Origin: Nemertoderma westbladi
Taxonomy: Eukaryota > Animalia > Xenacoelomorpha
NCBI GenBank assembly: GCA_032718475.1
Contig: JAUCBJ010006472.1
Span: forward strand, 17,312-81,311
Length of the DNA stretch: 64,000 bases
Direction of reading: 5' to 3'
Numbering within the stretch: position 1 is the first letter of the stretch; every line of letters begins with the position of its first letter. The translations under genes were made by a program, and so were the position numbers. The notes below the pieces were generated by a model. That model saw only the letters and a program-made list of their open reading frames with translations. It searched no databases and was not told the origin of the DNA. Positions 14,087 through 25,669 of the stretch are shown piece after piece.

Positions 14087-14470
14087 AGTCTGTGCCTCAG
14101 TGAGGCATAGTCTGTGCCTCAGTGAGGCATAGTCTATGCCTCAGTGAGTCATAGTCTATGCCTCAGTGAGGCATAGTCTATGCCTCAGTGAGGCATAGTC
14201 TATGCCTCAGTGAGGCATAGTCTATGCCTCAGTGCCTCAGTGAGGCATAGTCTGTGCCTCAGTGCCTCAGTGAGGCATAGTCTCTGCCTCAGTGAGGCAT
14301 AGTCTGTGCCTCAGTGAGGAATAGTCTGTGCCTCAGTTAAGCATAGTCTGTGCCTCAGTGAGGCATAGTCTATGCCTCAGTGCCTCAGTGAGGCATAGTC
14401 TGCGCCTCAGTGCCTCAGTGAGGCATAGTCTGTGCCTCAGTGCCTCAGTGCCTCAGTGAGGCATAGTCTG
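14087..14470. repeat. Tandem array of 22-bp palindromic units (right arm)
   Basis: Unit tgcctcagtgaggcatagtcta, the reverse complement of the left-arm array, with more copies. Confidence 0.9.
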
Positions 14471-14689
14471 TGTCAAGTCTTAAAGGAGAGTCTTACAAAT
14501 TCGAACGTCAACGAACGAATTCGAAGGTTACTGTTCCACTTGGTGTAGTGGTTGTGTTGAATTCACATCTTCCGTATGTCATGGGTTTGATCCCCCCATG
14601 AACCAGGGCAGTTTTCGTTCGGTCAGCAATACGCCTAACTTTGCAAAATTCAGTATTATTGCCTAGTAACCAATTCATAGCTACTATAT

Positions 14690-16577
14690 TGACTAATCAG
14701 GGGGGCAGGGTGCAGCAGTGAAGACAGCCGTAGTACAGTAGTACGTATGTACTGCTGTATAATCAGGAAGGATGTACCAATATCATAAAACATAATATAA
14801 TAATAATAAGATAAGCTACGCCATCTAGCGGGCATAGGCGTAGGGCTTATGGTGATACTACACATACCCCTCTTTAGGTGGGGTGGGGTTGGCGTAGCGC
14901 CTCAAAACAAATAGTTTATAGCCTAAACAATTTATTGCGGAGTTACGGGTTACTCTAGTTTGTTATACTCGCTGTTCGAGTAACGTAAGGGCGGTTTTAT
15001 TATTCTCCCCGACCTAGTCTGGATTGGAGGGGTAACCGGTTGTGGGGCTGGCTGTGGCCTGGCGGCCATTTCAGCCCACGTTGGCTGTGGTAGGGCCGGT
15101 GTCGGAGGTGCCACTGGCTGCCTCGGTGTCTCTGGTTGAGGGGGGTCGCCCTGTGGTGGGGTCGGGGTGGCGCACCCCGTAGTGAAGTGGCGCTGCCGGA
15201 GTAGAACGCGGTTCCGGCGGAGTACGCGGCCACTGGTCTGTCGGACCAGGTAGTCGTGGTTGGGGAGGCCCTCAGCGATGGTTCCCTGGCCAGTCCAACG
15301 TTTGGTTGTCGGGTCCTGGATGAGGACTGGTGTCCCAACCGGCATAGCCTTAAGGCTGCGGGCGTGGTGGTCGTAATTTGCCGCGAGCTGGTTTTGATTG
15401 GTCGCGGATGTGGCGTCGAGCTCTGTGAAGGTCTTTTGCCACTTGGGATCAAACGCGGTGAAGTGGACGGGTAGGGCCTCCCTGACATTGCGGCCGTATA
15501 AAAGTTCCGCCGGGGAGCGGCCGCCGTAACGCGAGGTGTTGCGGAAGGCGAGGATGCCCTTCGCGATCTCGTCGGAGTTGTGGCGCGCCCCGCGGACCAA
15601 CTTCTTTAGTGCTTTGACGGCCGCTTCGGCGCGGCCGTTGGTGCGCGGTAGGTAGGGCGTAGAGGGCTCCAGTCGGACACTCCAGTCGGACAGGAATGAC
15701 CGGACGGCGTCGGACACCAGCTGGGGCCCGTTGTCTGGACGGATAACGGTCGGTACCGCAGTGGCCAAGAAGAGGCGGCGGAGGCAGTCGATTATTACTG
15801 GGGAGGTTGAGTTCTGGCCGAGTTTGTAAAGGGTGGGCCAGCCGGTGAATTCGTCGGTCACAACGAGGTAGTTGGTGCCGTCTAGGACAAATATGTTGGT
15901 GTGTACTCTTTGGAACAGGCGGGTGGCGTCCGGGTTCCGTTGGAGTGGCACGATGGTGGGTGCGATGGGAGGGCTGCCTGACAGGGTTGGCAGCGCTCGA
16001 CCGTCTGTTTGATGTCGTTGGGTATGGAGGGCCACCAGACGGAGCGACACGCCCTCTCCCGAGTTTTAGTGAGTCCCTGGTGGGCGGCGTGGAGTAGCCG
16101 GAGCGTCTCGGGACGGAGTTCGACGGGGATATAGAGCTGGGGCCCGCGGAAAATGACGCCATCGTGCACCATCAGCTCCGAGCGGAACTGGAAGTAGGGC
16201 CGCAGCTGGTCGTCGGTGACGTTGTGTTTGGACGTCGGCCAGCCGTCCCGGATGGTGGCGAGGAGCGCGCGGTACACAGGGTCGTGCTGCCCGGCCTCCC
16301 GGATCTGGTCGAGCCGCGCGTCCCGAGATTCGACCGACGGGGTGGCGGCGGATGCGGCGACGGCCGCGGAGACGATAAACTCCCGGTCGGCGTCGTCTTC
16401 CGGGGTGAGGAGGATGTCGTCGGAGGTTGGGGAGTTCCTGGGGGCGCGGGAGAAGGCGTCGGCGATTACGTATTTACTGCCGCGTTGGTGGCGGGCGGTG
16501 AAGTTAAAGCGCGACATCAACGTCTTTAACTTCAGCAGCCGATCGTTGCTGACCTGGTCCAACCGGCGGTCGTTCTA
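14690..16577 (-). mobile_element. Ty3/Gypsy (Mag-like) 3' fragment: end of RNase H, integrase, PPT and probable short LTR remnant
   Basis: ADAFSRAP linker; HHCC finger HAAHQG...CQPCQ; core RPDNGPQL and NGRAEAAVK; C-terminal TRSGRIIKPPLRY typical of Mag; one frameshift near 15950; purine tract aaagaggggta followed by TGTG at ~14865. Confidence 0.85.
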
Positions 16578-16670
16578 AAGGAGAAAATTAGTCACCAGGA
16601 GCATGAAGAGACTAATAAACAGATACTGAGACTCCTGCAATGCTATGAGGATTCCGAAAAGTATTTCCTG

Positions 16671-18050
16671 TTGTTGAGAAATCCGCAGATGCGCTTAAGG
16701 GATCGATTCTCTAGCACAATGATAGATGGGTTAATACGTGTTGGAGGAAGACTAACCAATGCACCCTTATCCTTTGACACTAAATTCCCCATACTCATTA
16801 GAAATCTTGAAGTACAAATCAAGATGATTGTAGATGTTCACAGTAAGCTTTATCATGCTGGAAGAGAACGAGTTCTTAGCGAAATTCGAACTCGCTATTA
16901 TTTTGATAAACCCCGTAGGGCTCTGAACCAAGTTCTTAGGAACTGCATACCCTGTAGGAAAGCATTCAGTAGGCCTTTAACACAGCGAGAGGCAGAATTA
17001 CCTAGGGAACGAGTAAGCTTCTATGAACCACCTTTTACTAATACTGGTGTAGATTTATTTGGCCCTATTGAAGTATATCGTGCGAGGACTATAGTCAAGA
17101 GATGGTGTGTCATCTTCGTGTGCATGACTTGCAGAGCCATCCATCTCGATATGGTGAACGATCTATCTACCAACAGTTTCGTCTTAAGTTTACGACGACA
17201 GATCGCTCGCTTCGGTACGAGTAATACCATGAGATCGGACAAGGGAACGAACTTCATTGGTGCCAACAACGAAATACAGGCTTACGTAAAGGACTGGAAC
17301 CAAAGACAGGTGGATGACCAGCTAAGGATAACAGCGTCTAGCTGGACCTTCAACGCCGCCGACGCCCCTTGGTGGGGAGGAAGTTGGGAGAGATTAATTA
17401 GAAGTGTTAAGACCGCATTTCACTTTATAGTGCCATGCCGTGCGTATCTCACCGACGAACTTTTGCGGACGTTAATGGAGGAAATAGCTGCCTATCTCAA
17501 CGAGAGACCGCTTATGCCAGTCTCATCGAGTCCCGATTCCCTGGAAGCGCTAACACCTGCGCACTTCCTACTAAAGAAACCGGTAGCCATGCTCCCACGA
17601 TCGGAGATTGCCGACGGAGACGAATACTGCCGTCGAACTTGGCAACTTATGCAGTTGCTATCCCGTTGTTTCGCTGACCATTTCGAGAAACATTACCTGC
17701 CCACACTACAACTTCGAACTAAGTGGTTTGCGCAGCAAGAAAACGTCAGCGCCGGAGATATGGTACTTATTGTAGATCCAGACCTCCCACGTAAACGGTG
17801 GCAGACAGGTCGTATCATCGAGACCCATATCTCGGAGGATGGTTTAGTACGTTCAGTAGAACTCATCGTTATGCGGCGTAACTTCAAGAAGCCCGGTATA
17901 ATCTTTGAGACGCAACAACTCAATCGCCCAGTTGGTCGTTTATGTTTACTGGAAAGAGACAGAGAACTCTCTGGAAACTATGGAAGACAAGACACTCTTC
18001 CCACGACCACCTCCCTAATTCCTCAAACATCTAGGGACTCCCAAACGTGA
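16671..18050 (+). CDS. BEL/Pao integrase (C-terminal part of Pol)
   Basis: GLIRVGGRL, H..H/CIPC zinc finger, PFTNTGVDLFGP, SDKGTNFIGA, PWWGGSWERLIRSVK, LTPAHFL, DGLVRSV...RPVGRLCLL are hallmark Pao integrase motifs. Confidence 0.92.
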   Translation: MLRNPQMRLRDRFSSTMIDGLIRVGGRLTNAPLSFDTKFPILIRNLEVQIKMIVDVHSKLYHAGRERVLSEIRTRYYFDKPRRALNQVLRNCIPCRKAFSRPLTQREAELPRERVSFYEPPFTNTGVDLFGPIEVYRARTIVKRWCVIFVCMTCRAIHLDMVNDLSTNSFVLSLRRQIARFGTSNTMRSDKGTNFIGANNEIQAYVKDWNQRQVDDQLRITASSWTFNAADAPWWGGSWERLIRSVKTAFHFIVPCRAYLTDELLRTLMEEIAAYLNERPLMPVSSSPDSLEALTPAHFLLKKPVAMLPRSEIADGDEYCRRTWQLMQLLSRCFADHFEKHYLPTLQLRTKWFAQQENVSAGDMVLIVDPDLPRKRWQTGRIIETHISEDGLVRSVELIVMRRNFKKPGIIFETQQLNRPVGRLCLLERDRELSGNYGRQDTLPTTTSLIPQTSRDSQT

Positions 18051-19169
18051 TACGTCTGGAGTGGGTGTATGACTATGTTATTTATCTATTTTATTACATT
18101 TTATATGCGAACTTTATTATGTACTTTATTATAATCGTTTTTATTCAATTTTTATTTAGTAGAATGTTATTTTAGGGATTATTTAGTAGATTAGTGCAAT
18201 ATATTAGTGTTTATTACGTACATAATTACTTATAATATATATTTAGTGCGACGGCGAGAAATAATTTTTTCTCTTTCCTTACTGTCCGTATCATATTATA
18301 AATACGTGACTACAGTAAGATGAAATGTCCGTACTTCTTAAAGTACAATAAAGCCACTACTATATTCAAGTAGTAGGTAGGCAGAGTATTAGGAATGCAA
18401 AGTTCAGATCCTCGTGTCTCGGCTAAACCAAGCTCTGGGTAGACCTTGGAAACGACTTGCCTCTTCACACTGACATTGCTTCGTGCGATATTGCTCTTCT
18501 ACCTTATAACAAATAATACATATAGTAGCGTGATGTCCCTCTAACAGTAGCGTAAATCGCAAATAAATCTGTTAAACTTTTTGACCATCTGTAATTCTAG
18601 TCGATTAAGATATCGTGGCACCCACCGATATACTTGAAAGACAAATTCTAGAATCAGTGGTTAACGTCCCCAGACAAGTTCTGGAATAAATCGGTGCTCA
18701 TCCTAAATATTAATTTAATATTTATTAAAATCTGTAAAATCCCGATCCTTTAAAATTTCTAGTCAATTAAGATATCGCAGTATTTACCGATATTCTTAGA
18801 AGGACTATTTTATAGAATTAAGGATCCTAAGTTCCCAGATATGCTCTGGAATAAAATTTATGTCAATTTAACATCAAATAATAAAATTCACGGGAATAAA
18901 TTTAAATTCATATTCAAATGAATTTCATAAATTGTCATTTTTTGCAATTTATAACATTCCCAAAATTCCAGTAATTAATAGATCATGGGAGCGGAGATTC
19001 ATATTGAGTGTATTAAAGTGCGAGAATCTCCAACATATAGTCAATAGCCGATAAAATTTATAAAATCATGCATAAAGAGGATATTGACAACTAAAGAATT
19101 ACTATTAAATAACATCCCAGATCTGTATGCATGAGAATTACCCTAATTCTACCGCTAGTTTTCCATAAT

Positions 19170-20506
19170 TTTGGGTTGTTGTCACAGGCATGCTGAGTTA
19201 TATATGGAATTTACAACCTTATATAGGACGGCAGGATAAACGTGAAGTGAACCAGGGCCAGAGGGTTGTTTTGCAGCTAACTGAAGGTTTGTCTGGGAGA
19301 AATATTACTACTGATAATTTCTATACATCGTATAATTTGGGACAGTTACTAAAGAAACGCAATCAAACATTAGTTGGCACAGTCAGAAAGAATTAGCCCG
19401 AATTACCGAAGGAGTTTGTTGATCCCAAGAACCGAGTTCTGTACAGCTCAATATTTGGACATAGAGATGATACAACCATTCTATCATATTGTCGAAAAAA
19501 ACACTACAATAAATATAAAAAAACACTACAATAAATATAAAGGTGGTGTAGATTCGGCTGACAAGTGTTTGTCTACTTATACTGTAAAGAGGAAGACACG
19601 CCGATGGCCAGTGGCTGTATTCAGCAACATGGTAGATATTGCAGCCTATAATGCTTACATTATATGGGTTGTTCCCTGATTGGAAGAAAGGAAAGCTCTA
19701 CCGACGACGATTATTTCTAGAACGCCTTGGCCGCGAATTTATTGGGCCATTTATGATGGCCAGATCCACTATGCCACGGTCACAAGCCGCTATTGATATC
19801 ATTAACGTCGCCCATGCCCAAGAAGATGAGAGATCTTCCGGAAACTCAAAGTCATACTCTTCCATTTCTGAATACAACCACGACCACAAGCGGGGTCGTT
19901 GCTCATTACATGACCGAGCCAGTGATGTAAAAACTGTACTAGTATGCACGAAATGTAAGAACTTTGCCTGTCAAGCCCACGCAGTTGCTATATGTACGAG
20001 CTGCATAGGATCTCTGCTGTAATATTCAGCACACTACGAATTATATTGAATAATATTGAATATTATGTTTCAATAGTAGCCAAATTTAAATGCTTACTTG
20101 AACAATGGGTAAATTGGGCAATGGGGTGGGTGGGTGGGTTGGTAGGGTTTGTCATATTTACATGCCAGATTGAGACAAAATAACAGGGTATCCAGTTTGT
20201 TTGTAGGCAAATAATATTTAAATTACACTATCATCATTAAAATATCCTTTTGGGTGATCCACAAATTACTTGAAGAATTTTAATAAACTATAAAATGCTT
20301 TTATTTATGTAGTACAAAATATACTTCACGTGCTGCGCGAAGTTTCCAAGAGTGTTGATATGTTTTAAAAATGTCAATTAATGTAGGAGTATTCTAATAT
20401 TTACAAATATTATGGAACTTGTACCTATTTTAATAGTAAAATATACTGGGGTCGCAAACGACCCCAAGGGACACCAATACAAATTAGAATAAGGTACGTA
20501 TGAAGG
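19170..20506 (+). mobile_element. piggyBac transposon 3' half (frameshifted PGBD4-like transposase) inserted in the BEL element
   Basis: ITTDNFYTS, LVGTVRKN, YNKYKGGVD...RRWP, C-terminal Cys-rich RCSLH..CTKCKNFACQAH..CTSC; right end ...atgaagg|TTAA with subterminal ggggtcgcaaacgacccc. Confidence 0.9.
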
Positions 20507-21069
20507 TTAAATAACATCCCAGATCTGTATGCATGAGAATTACCCTAATTCTACCGCTAGTTTTCCATAATGTCACCATGGCAACACTCACGCTAGAATT
20601 AGAAGCAAGTTAAAGGAACAATAAAAGGCTTGCCCCATTGCGTAGCCTAAGAGGATACATAGCGCACTATTAGTATCCAAAGATACATAGTAATAACGTG
20701 ACATTCTGGAAGACACTGACTAACGAACAAATGGCCTGCATGTGTGCAGTAAGTAATGATTGTATGGAATTTGTGCGTTTATAGGTGAATGTTACTACTA
20801 AAGTGTGTTTACAGTAGCTAATCGCAATTGTAAAGTAGCCCTAACTCTACCGAGATAACCTCAAGTGGATTCAAGCTTTTGGGACGGACAGTGGTGGGAC
20901 TTGTGCCGGTTATCGTTGTCGTGCTGTTGCTACATGTTGGCGTAAACACCGCGACAACGGTATATCGGCGCTGAGAAACCCACTGTCCGGGGGCAAAGAC
21001 TAGTAGGCAGCGACGCCCGCTTGCCTAAATATTAACTCATACTGATATTAATAAACTCAGATAGCAGAT

Positions 21070-22570
21070 ATGACGGAATTGATAGAAGATGACCTTGGTA
21101 TTAGAGAGCGATATACTCTACCTTTACAAGCGTTTGTGGATAGCTTGATACGCGGTGAAGCCGATCCGACTATTACGGAGGACGATGGTCGTTATATCGA
21201 ACCGCCAATGTCCCAAGAGCAACTTACGCGTGAATTGGACTATCGAAAATTAACCGCTCGCTATACGCATCGTAATGGTACGTATATGGACATCCTAACT
21301 ACCGGCCATCCTATCGATTTACATGATACGGACGATGTATACACCGAAAGGGAAATGGTTCTATTTAAATATCATACCCAGCGGAGTCGTAACGATAAAC
21401 CGAGAATAGATCACGAAAATTATATTCGTAACAGGCTGGGAAGACGAACCAATATGCCTAGAATCTGAGGAGATTCAGCCTATCGCGCCCGGAACAACGA
21501 CAACGATTACCTCCTAGAATGGTATCAAGGTCCACAGTGTCTCACTGCGTACGATTATCGCCATGCCAACTATGTTTCTCGGCAACATTGTCGGTTATGC
21601 GCATCGAGAGACCATGTTACGCCCATGGACACAAACGTCCGCTGTTCCTATTTCCACGAACAACCGACGATGGAAATTTATTGCGCTTATTACAGACTCA
21701 ATAACTTGCACATTTTTGCGGTTTGCCCTCAATTTATGACTCAATGTCACCATTGTCAACTAAAGGGACGCGCCAGTTTCGATTGCCCTTTTTAGTCACG
21801 ATTTGGAAAGCGTAGATGAAATGATCACACTACGTTACATCAGAGCTTGGGAAGCGAACGCTGATTTACATTGTGATTCGCGCCATCGTTATTATCCTGG
21901 ACGCGCTTACGAAGGAGTTTATGCGTTCCATCCTTATCTATTCGCTTCTGTCGAACAGAAATCACGCATATCAAGTTATGAACTACTGAAGCGCGTTGGA
22001 GAATGTATTTCAACCAAATATGTGCGCAAATTTCTCAGGAGCATTAATCCGAGTGACATCTATTCTTACAACTTAATAAACTTTATCCGTCAAGACCCTG
22101 CCTATGGAGACTTATTTGTCAACTCACACCCCGAGTTACAGGAAGTATATCGACGGCCTTACGAGTACCGAGCCCGCGAACGCGAGTTGGAAAGAACCAT
22201 TAAACCAAGGAAGTTTTTAACTGCCTATGGTCCACCCACGGCCCTCGTTCAGACCACTCGTAAAGGACCCATAAGAGCGGCTGTCTTGAAACGAGCTCTC
22301 AAAGCCGTTAGACCCCTCTCCCCGGACGTTGATGTCAATCAACCCGGTACTTCGACCGGCGGATATACCGACCGTAATCCCATACCTTCTGATGCAATCA
22401 TATTGCACCCTTCACCCAGGAGTTATAGCCCTCCTCGTAAAGTGGCTCGCCCCAAAGAGAAAAGGACTCTTGCTAGCTTTAAAAACTGCATAAACGCCGT
22501 CCGCGCAAGAAAGACTAACTGTTTAGAGTATTTTTATATTTTAGAAACTGTGATTTTGTATATTTTATAG
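21070..22570 (+). pseudogene. Accessory ORF of the BEL element, unknown protein with CCHC zinc knuckles (disrupted)
   Basis: ORF pieces 21070-21468 and 21803-22570 plus an intervening frame reading CRLCASRDH...CHHCQLKG; homologous to 44906-43895. Confidence 0.7.
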
Positions 22571-22596
22571 ACTTAAATCCCATTTTCTGGGAGCGG

Positions 22597-23801
22597 TGTA
22601 AAAGCTTTTGTGGGATAACTGATTCGTTTGCCTTGCTGGCCAGTTCCCCCCGGTCGCTAGAATACTCTAAAAGGGATCTATAGCTAAAATAGTGCAAGCT
22701 ACCAGCTTATTGGCTGATGTGCTGTACGAAGGTATCTGGGTTCTGTTCGATCGGCCAACCAGCTTAGGGAGGTTGCCTCAGCCCTGCTGTCCGTATCGGC
22801 CAATAGAATTTGAGTGGGCGTTGATTTTGACCTATCCCAGAGCTACTGAACTGAATTTCCTATCTGTATGCTCATCCTCTGTGTTGGACGGGAGCTTCGG
22901 GGAATAAGGGTAGTTGGTATCCTCGTATAGTTATGTAGTCACATGATTCTGTTGTTGTGTTCCCATTTTTCGCCATAACACCGGCCTTTTGGGAAGAACT
23001 CTAGTAAAACTGCTTAAATTATCGAAAGTATAACTGTTATCTAACTCAATCATCTATCTAACTAACTCACTGGTAATCATATTATTCTTCCGAACTTTAC
23101 TTATTAATTATATTGTTTGTACTGTTATTTACCGTCAGTTATTAATTGTATCTATTTGTTGATGAATTATTGCCCTTTGGAGAATACGGATAAATCACCC
23201 AAATTTCCCAATTTTCTTGATACACTACAGGTTAGAGAGACAGGCTATACATAACAATTGCGATTTATATTAATGTGGTGTGTATTGAATCTAATGTTAT
23301 TTAGCAGACCCTACATGAGTCAATTGCTGCTCTCTTTATGTGTGATCAAATTTACTGACAGTCGGCAGAATAGTGTGCATGATTGTGATTGGTAACAAAG
23401 CATTTCCTAAAGAATGCGCCTTATACTTTAATCATAAGCAGTATCGTTGCGTTTAGTTTAAGTCCTAGTTCTGTTTAAATAGATAGAGCGCCACGTCCTA
23501 AAGGAACTGTTAATATTTCCCGAAAGCCAATAATATCTGTCAGAAATTAATTATTAACGATCTATCGAATAATACAGTAGTTTTACACTGCAACCTTACA
23601 ATGCAATAATAAAATTTAAGCATCCGAATTCAGCCTCCCGGGTGTAGATCCATCGGGTGAATGATCGCGCATGGGCTGACTTCGGCTAATGTTTTGTTTA
23701 TTAGCATAAAATATTGTCGTATGCTAAAGGTGTTTTAATTAACTAAAAGACATATAAATTTTGGCAGGTTAAACTGCTAAAGGTCTTCAAAAGCGCGAAC
23801 A
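22597..23801 (+). repeat. 3' LTR of the BEL/Pao element (~1.2 kb)
   Basis: Starts TGTAAAAGCTTTT, ends AAAAGCGCGAACA; homologous to the reverse complement of 53656-54847, with homology stopping at these termini. Confidence 0.85.
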
Positions 23802-24073
23802 AAGGGAGCAGTATACCCTAGGGCTAAATAAGGCTGCAAGTCTATGGTTAGTTGCTTCCAATAATGATGTCATTAGCAGCGGTAAGTAATATAAAAACTA
23901 ATTAATCTAAAAATAGAAACCAATATATAAAGTAAAAGTAATATAATTAATTAAAGTAAAAATAAATACAAATAAATAAATTAAAATTAAATACAAATAA
24001 ATAAATTAAAATTCAATACAAATAAATAAGTATTAATAAATAAAAGAGCCACGGTGTCATTTATAACACCCTT

Positions 24074-24350
24074 TGGGCCACTTTGCGACAGTTGCACCAC
24101 ACTGACACCATTGCGTATCGGATTGATTAAACTAGGATAATCAATTAAACCCCAATTATGAGTTGTAAGACACCTATTAGGGTTTAATTGTACTAATTAA
24201 TTGATGACACCTGTCAATTAGGGTCTAATTAGCCTAATTAGGAGGTGTCACCCAGACAGTCTGGCGCCAATGACACCCATAGGGTGATATTGGGTGTCAC
24301 CCAGACAGTCTGGCGCCAGTCAGTGGGGTTCAACTGTCGCAAAGCCGCCC
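24074..24350. mobile_element. MITE with GGGCCACTTTGCGACAGTTG TIRs (PIF/Harbinger-like)
   Basis: gggccactttgcgacagttg ... caactgtcgcaaagccgccc; internal duplication ggtgtcacccagacagtctggcgcca. Confidence 0.6.
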
Positions 24351-24369
24351 AAACATCTACTACTGGCCT

Positions 24370-24530
24370 ACAATCTGGAAATCCTCTGATGAAGGCCAAG
24401 TTCTTACGAGTCACAGTGGATACTGTACAGTAGGCCTACTTTTATACGGGAGTGAGACCTGGACACTGACAAATTTAATTGAACAACCAATTGATGGTTG
24501 TTACAGAAAAGACTACTAAAGCCTGAAAAA
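24370..24530 (+). mobile_element. Fragment of RTE-like LINE family B
   Basis: ttttatacgggagtgagacctggacactgac...gatggttgttac matches 57850-57930. Confidence 0.7.
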
Positions 24531-24928
24531 GACTGAAGTCAACATTGTACAGTATGGCATACCGGTACATTTTGTATTAATATTCGCTAGAATTAATTAG
24601 TGTTATCGCGGATGATGATTTATTTTCGCTGCAATTAAATTATCTGTGATATACAGTAGAAATAAATTTACGCTGTAAACAATTATTTGGTGAGGTAAAC
24701 TGATCAATGGCGAATTAATTTGCGATAGAAGCACATTATTTTGTGATAGAAACATGGTACAATACGAACGCAAATCATTCAGTAGGCACTGTAATAGACT
24801 GGCCCTTCCTAGGCCCATCTAGGTCGTTATATTGATATATTAGCTGGATGGACTGCCTGCAATGTACTATATGCGCATGCGCATGGCTTATTATTACAGT
24901 CTATTCTAGCCAGTTAGTGACTAGGTAT

Positions 24929-25500
24929 GAATCATCAGGGACTACGCCCCTTATGCAGTTACCGTCTGCCGGGCACGTCTTAGGGATTTCTCTACACCCT
25001 GATGAGGTGCATGCAGGCGGCAGAGGCATTCTTTGCGGGTTGCCATAGGGATTATTAATCGGTTCCAAAGAGCACAAGATCACCATCTGTGGTCAGTTCG
25101 TCTTTACATGACCACAGCTGATTAACTAAGGGGTCATTGCGTGAGCTGTCCGGAAATCCTGATTGGACTGCTCGATGAAGAGTGCTATAGGATTCTTCAT
25201 TGCGTGCAGTGTGCGCAAGATCCTCTAGCACTGGATCGGGAAGGTGTGTGGAGCCATCAATCGCAGTTTCATCGATAGCTGCTACTGTTTCCAAGGTAAT
25301 TGAGCGCACATAGTGAGCAATCTCACCATCCTCCATGCTATCTGTCGGTGTGGGATCATCGACTGGTGCCCGAGATAAAGCATCTGGGATGCGATGGGAG
25401 CGCCCCTTCTGCCACACTGTAGTGAATGAGTCTTGATTTAAGCCGTTGCAGACGTGGATTTTCCACCGAGTCATCAGGGAATCATCAGGGACTACGCCCT
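24929..25500 (-). mobile_element. Gypsy pol fragment (RNase H-integrase linker) between 20-bp direct repeats
   Basis: ORF 25474-25055 contains PDALSRAPV...GFP...DELTTDGDLVLFG; aatcatcagggactacgccc occurs at 24930 and 25480. Confidence 0.7.
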
Positions 25501-25669
25501 GACACTGACTTAGGAGTATTCAGTCTACCGGTACTCATCAGCTTATGCAGTTATTATGGCGCTGTGTATTATCTGCTATGCTGCTTTATATGTAACACAT
25601 ATATGAACTAGATTAGTTCCCCTTATGTTTTTACATGATTGACACTATCTCTTAGTGTTTGTAGTGATC

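Larger units (their letters stand above)
10603..14689. mobile_element. 4.1-kb element with composite long TIRs (Polinton/Maverick-like or foldback, non-autonomous)
   Basis: 10603-10820 is the reverse complement of 14470-14689; 22-bp arrays in both arms; 11145-11280 is the reverse complement of 13830-13960; termini (ATAT)AGTAGCTATG...CATAGCTACT(ATAT). Confidence 0.8.
16578..23801 (+). mobile_element. BEL/Pao LTR retrotransposon, 5'-truncated copy (integrase, spacer, accessory ORF, PPT, 3' LTR)
   Basis: Integrase ORF, then sequence colinear with the minus copy at 43895-46680; purine-rich gggagcgg precedes the LTR start TGTAAAAGC. Confidence 0.9.

Noticed and set aside
24386-24420. CTGATGA as a hammerhead ribozyme core (also ~25000 and ~59149)
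   Set aside because: No properly placed GAAA and stems; two of the sites lie in LINE coding remnants.
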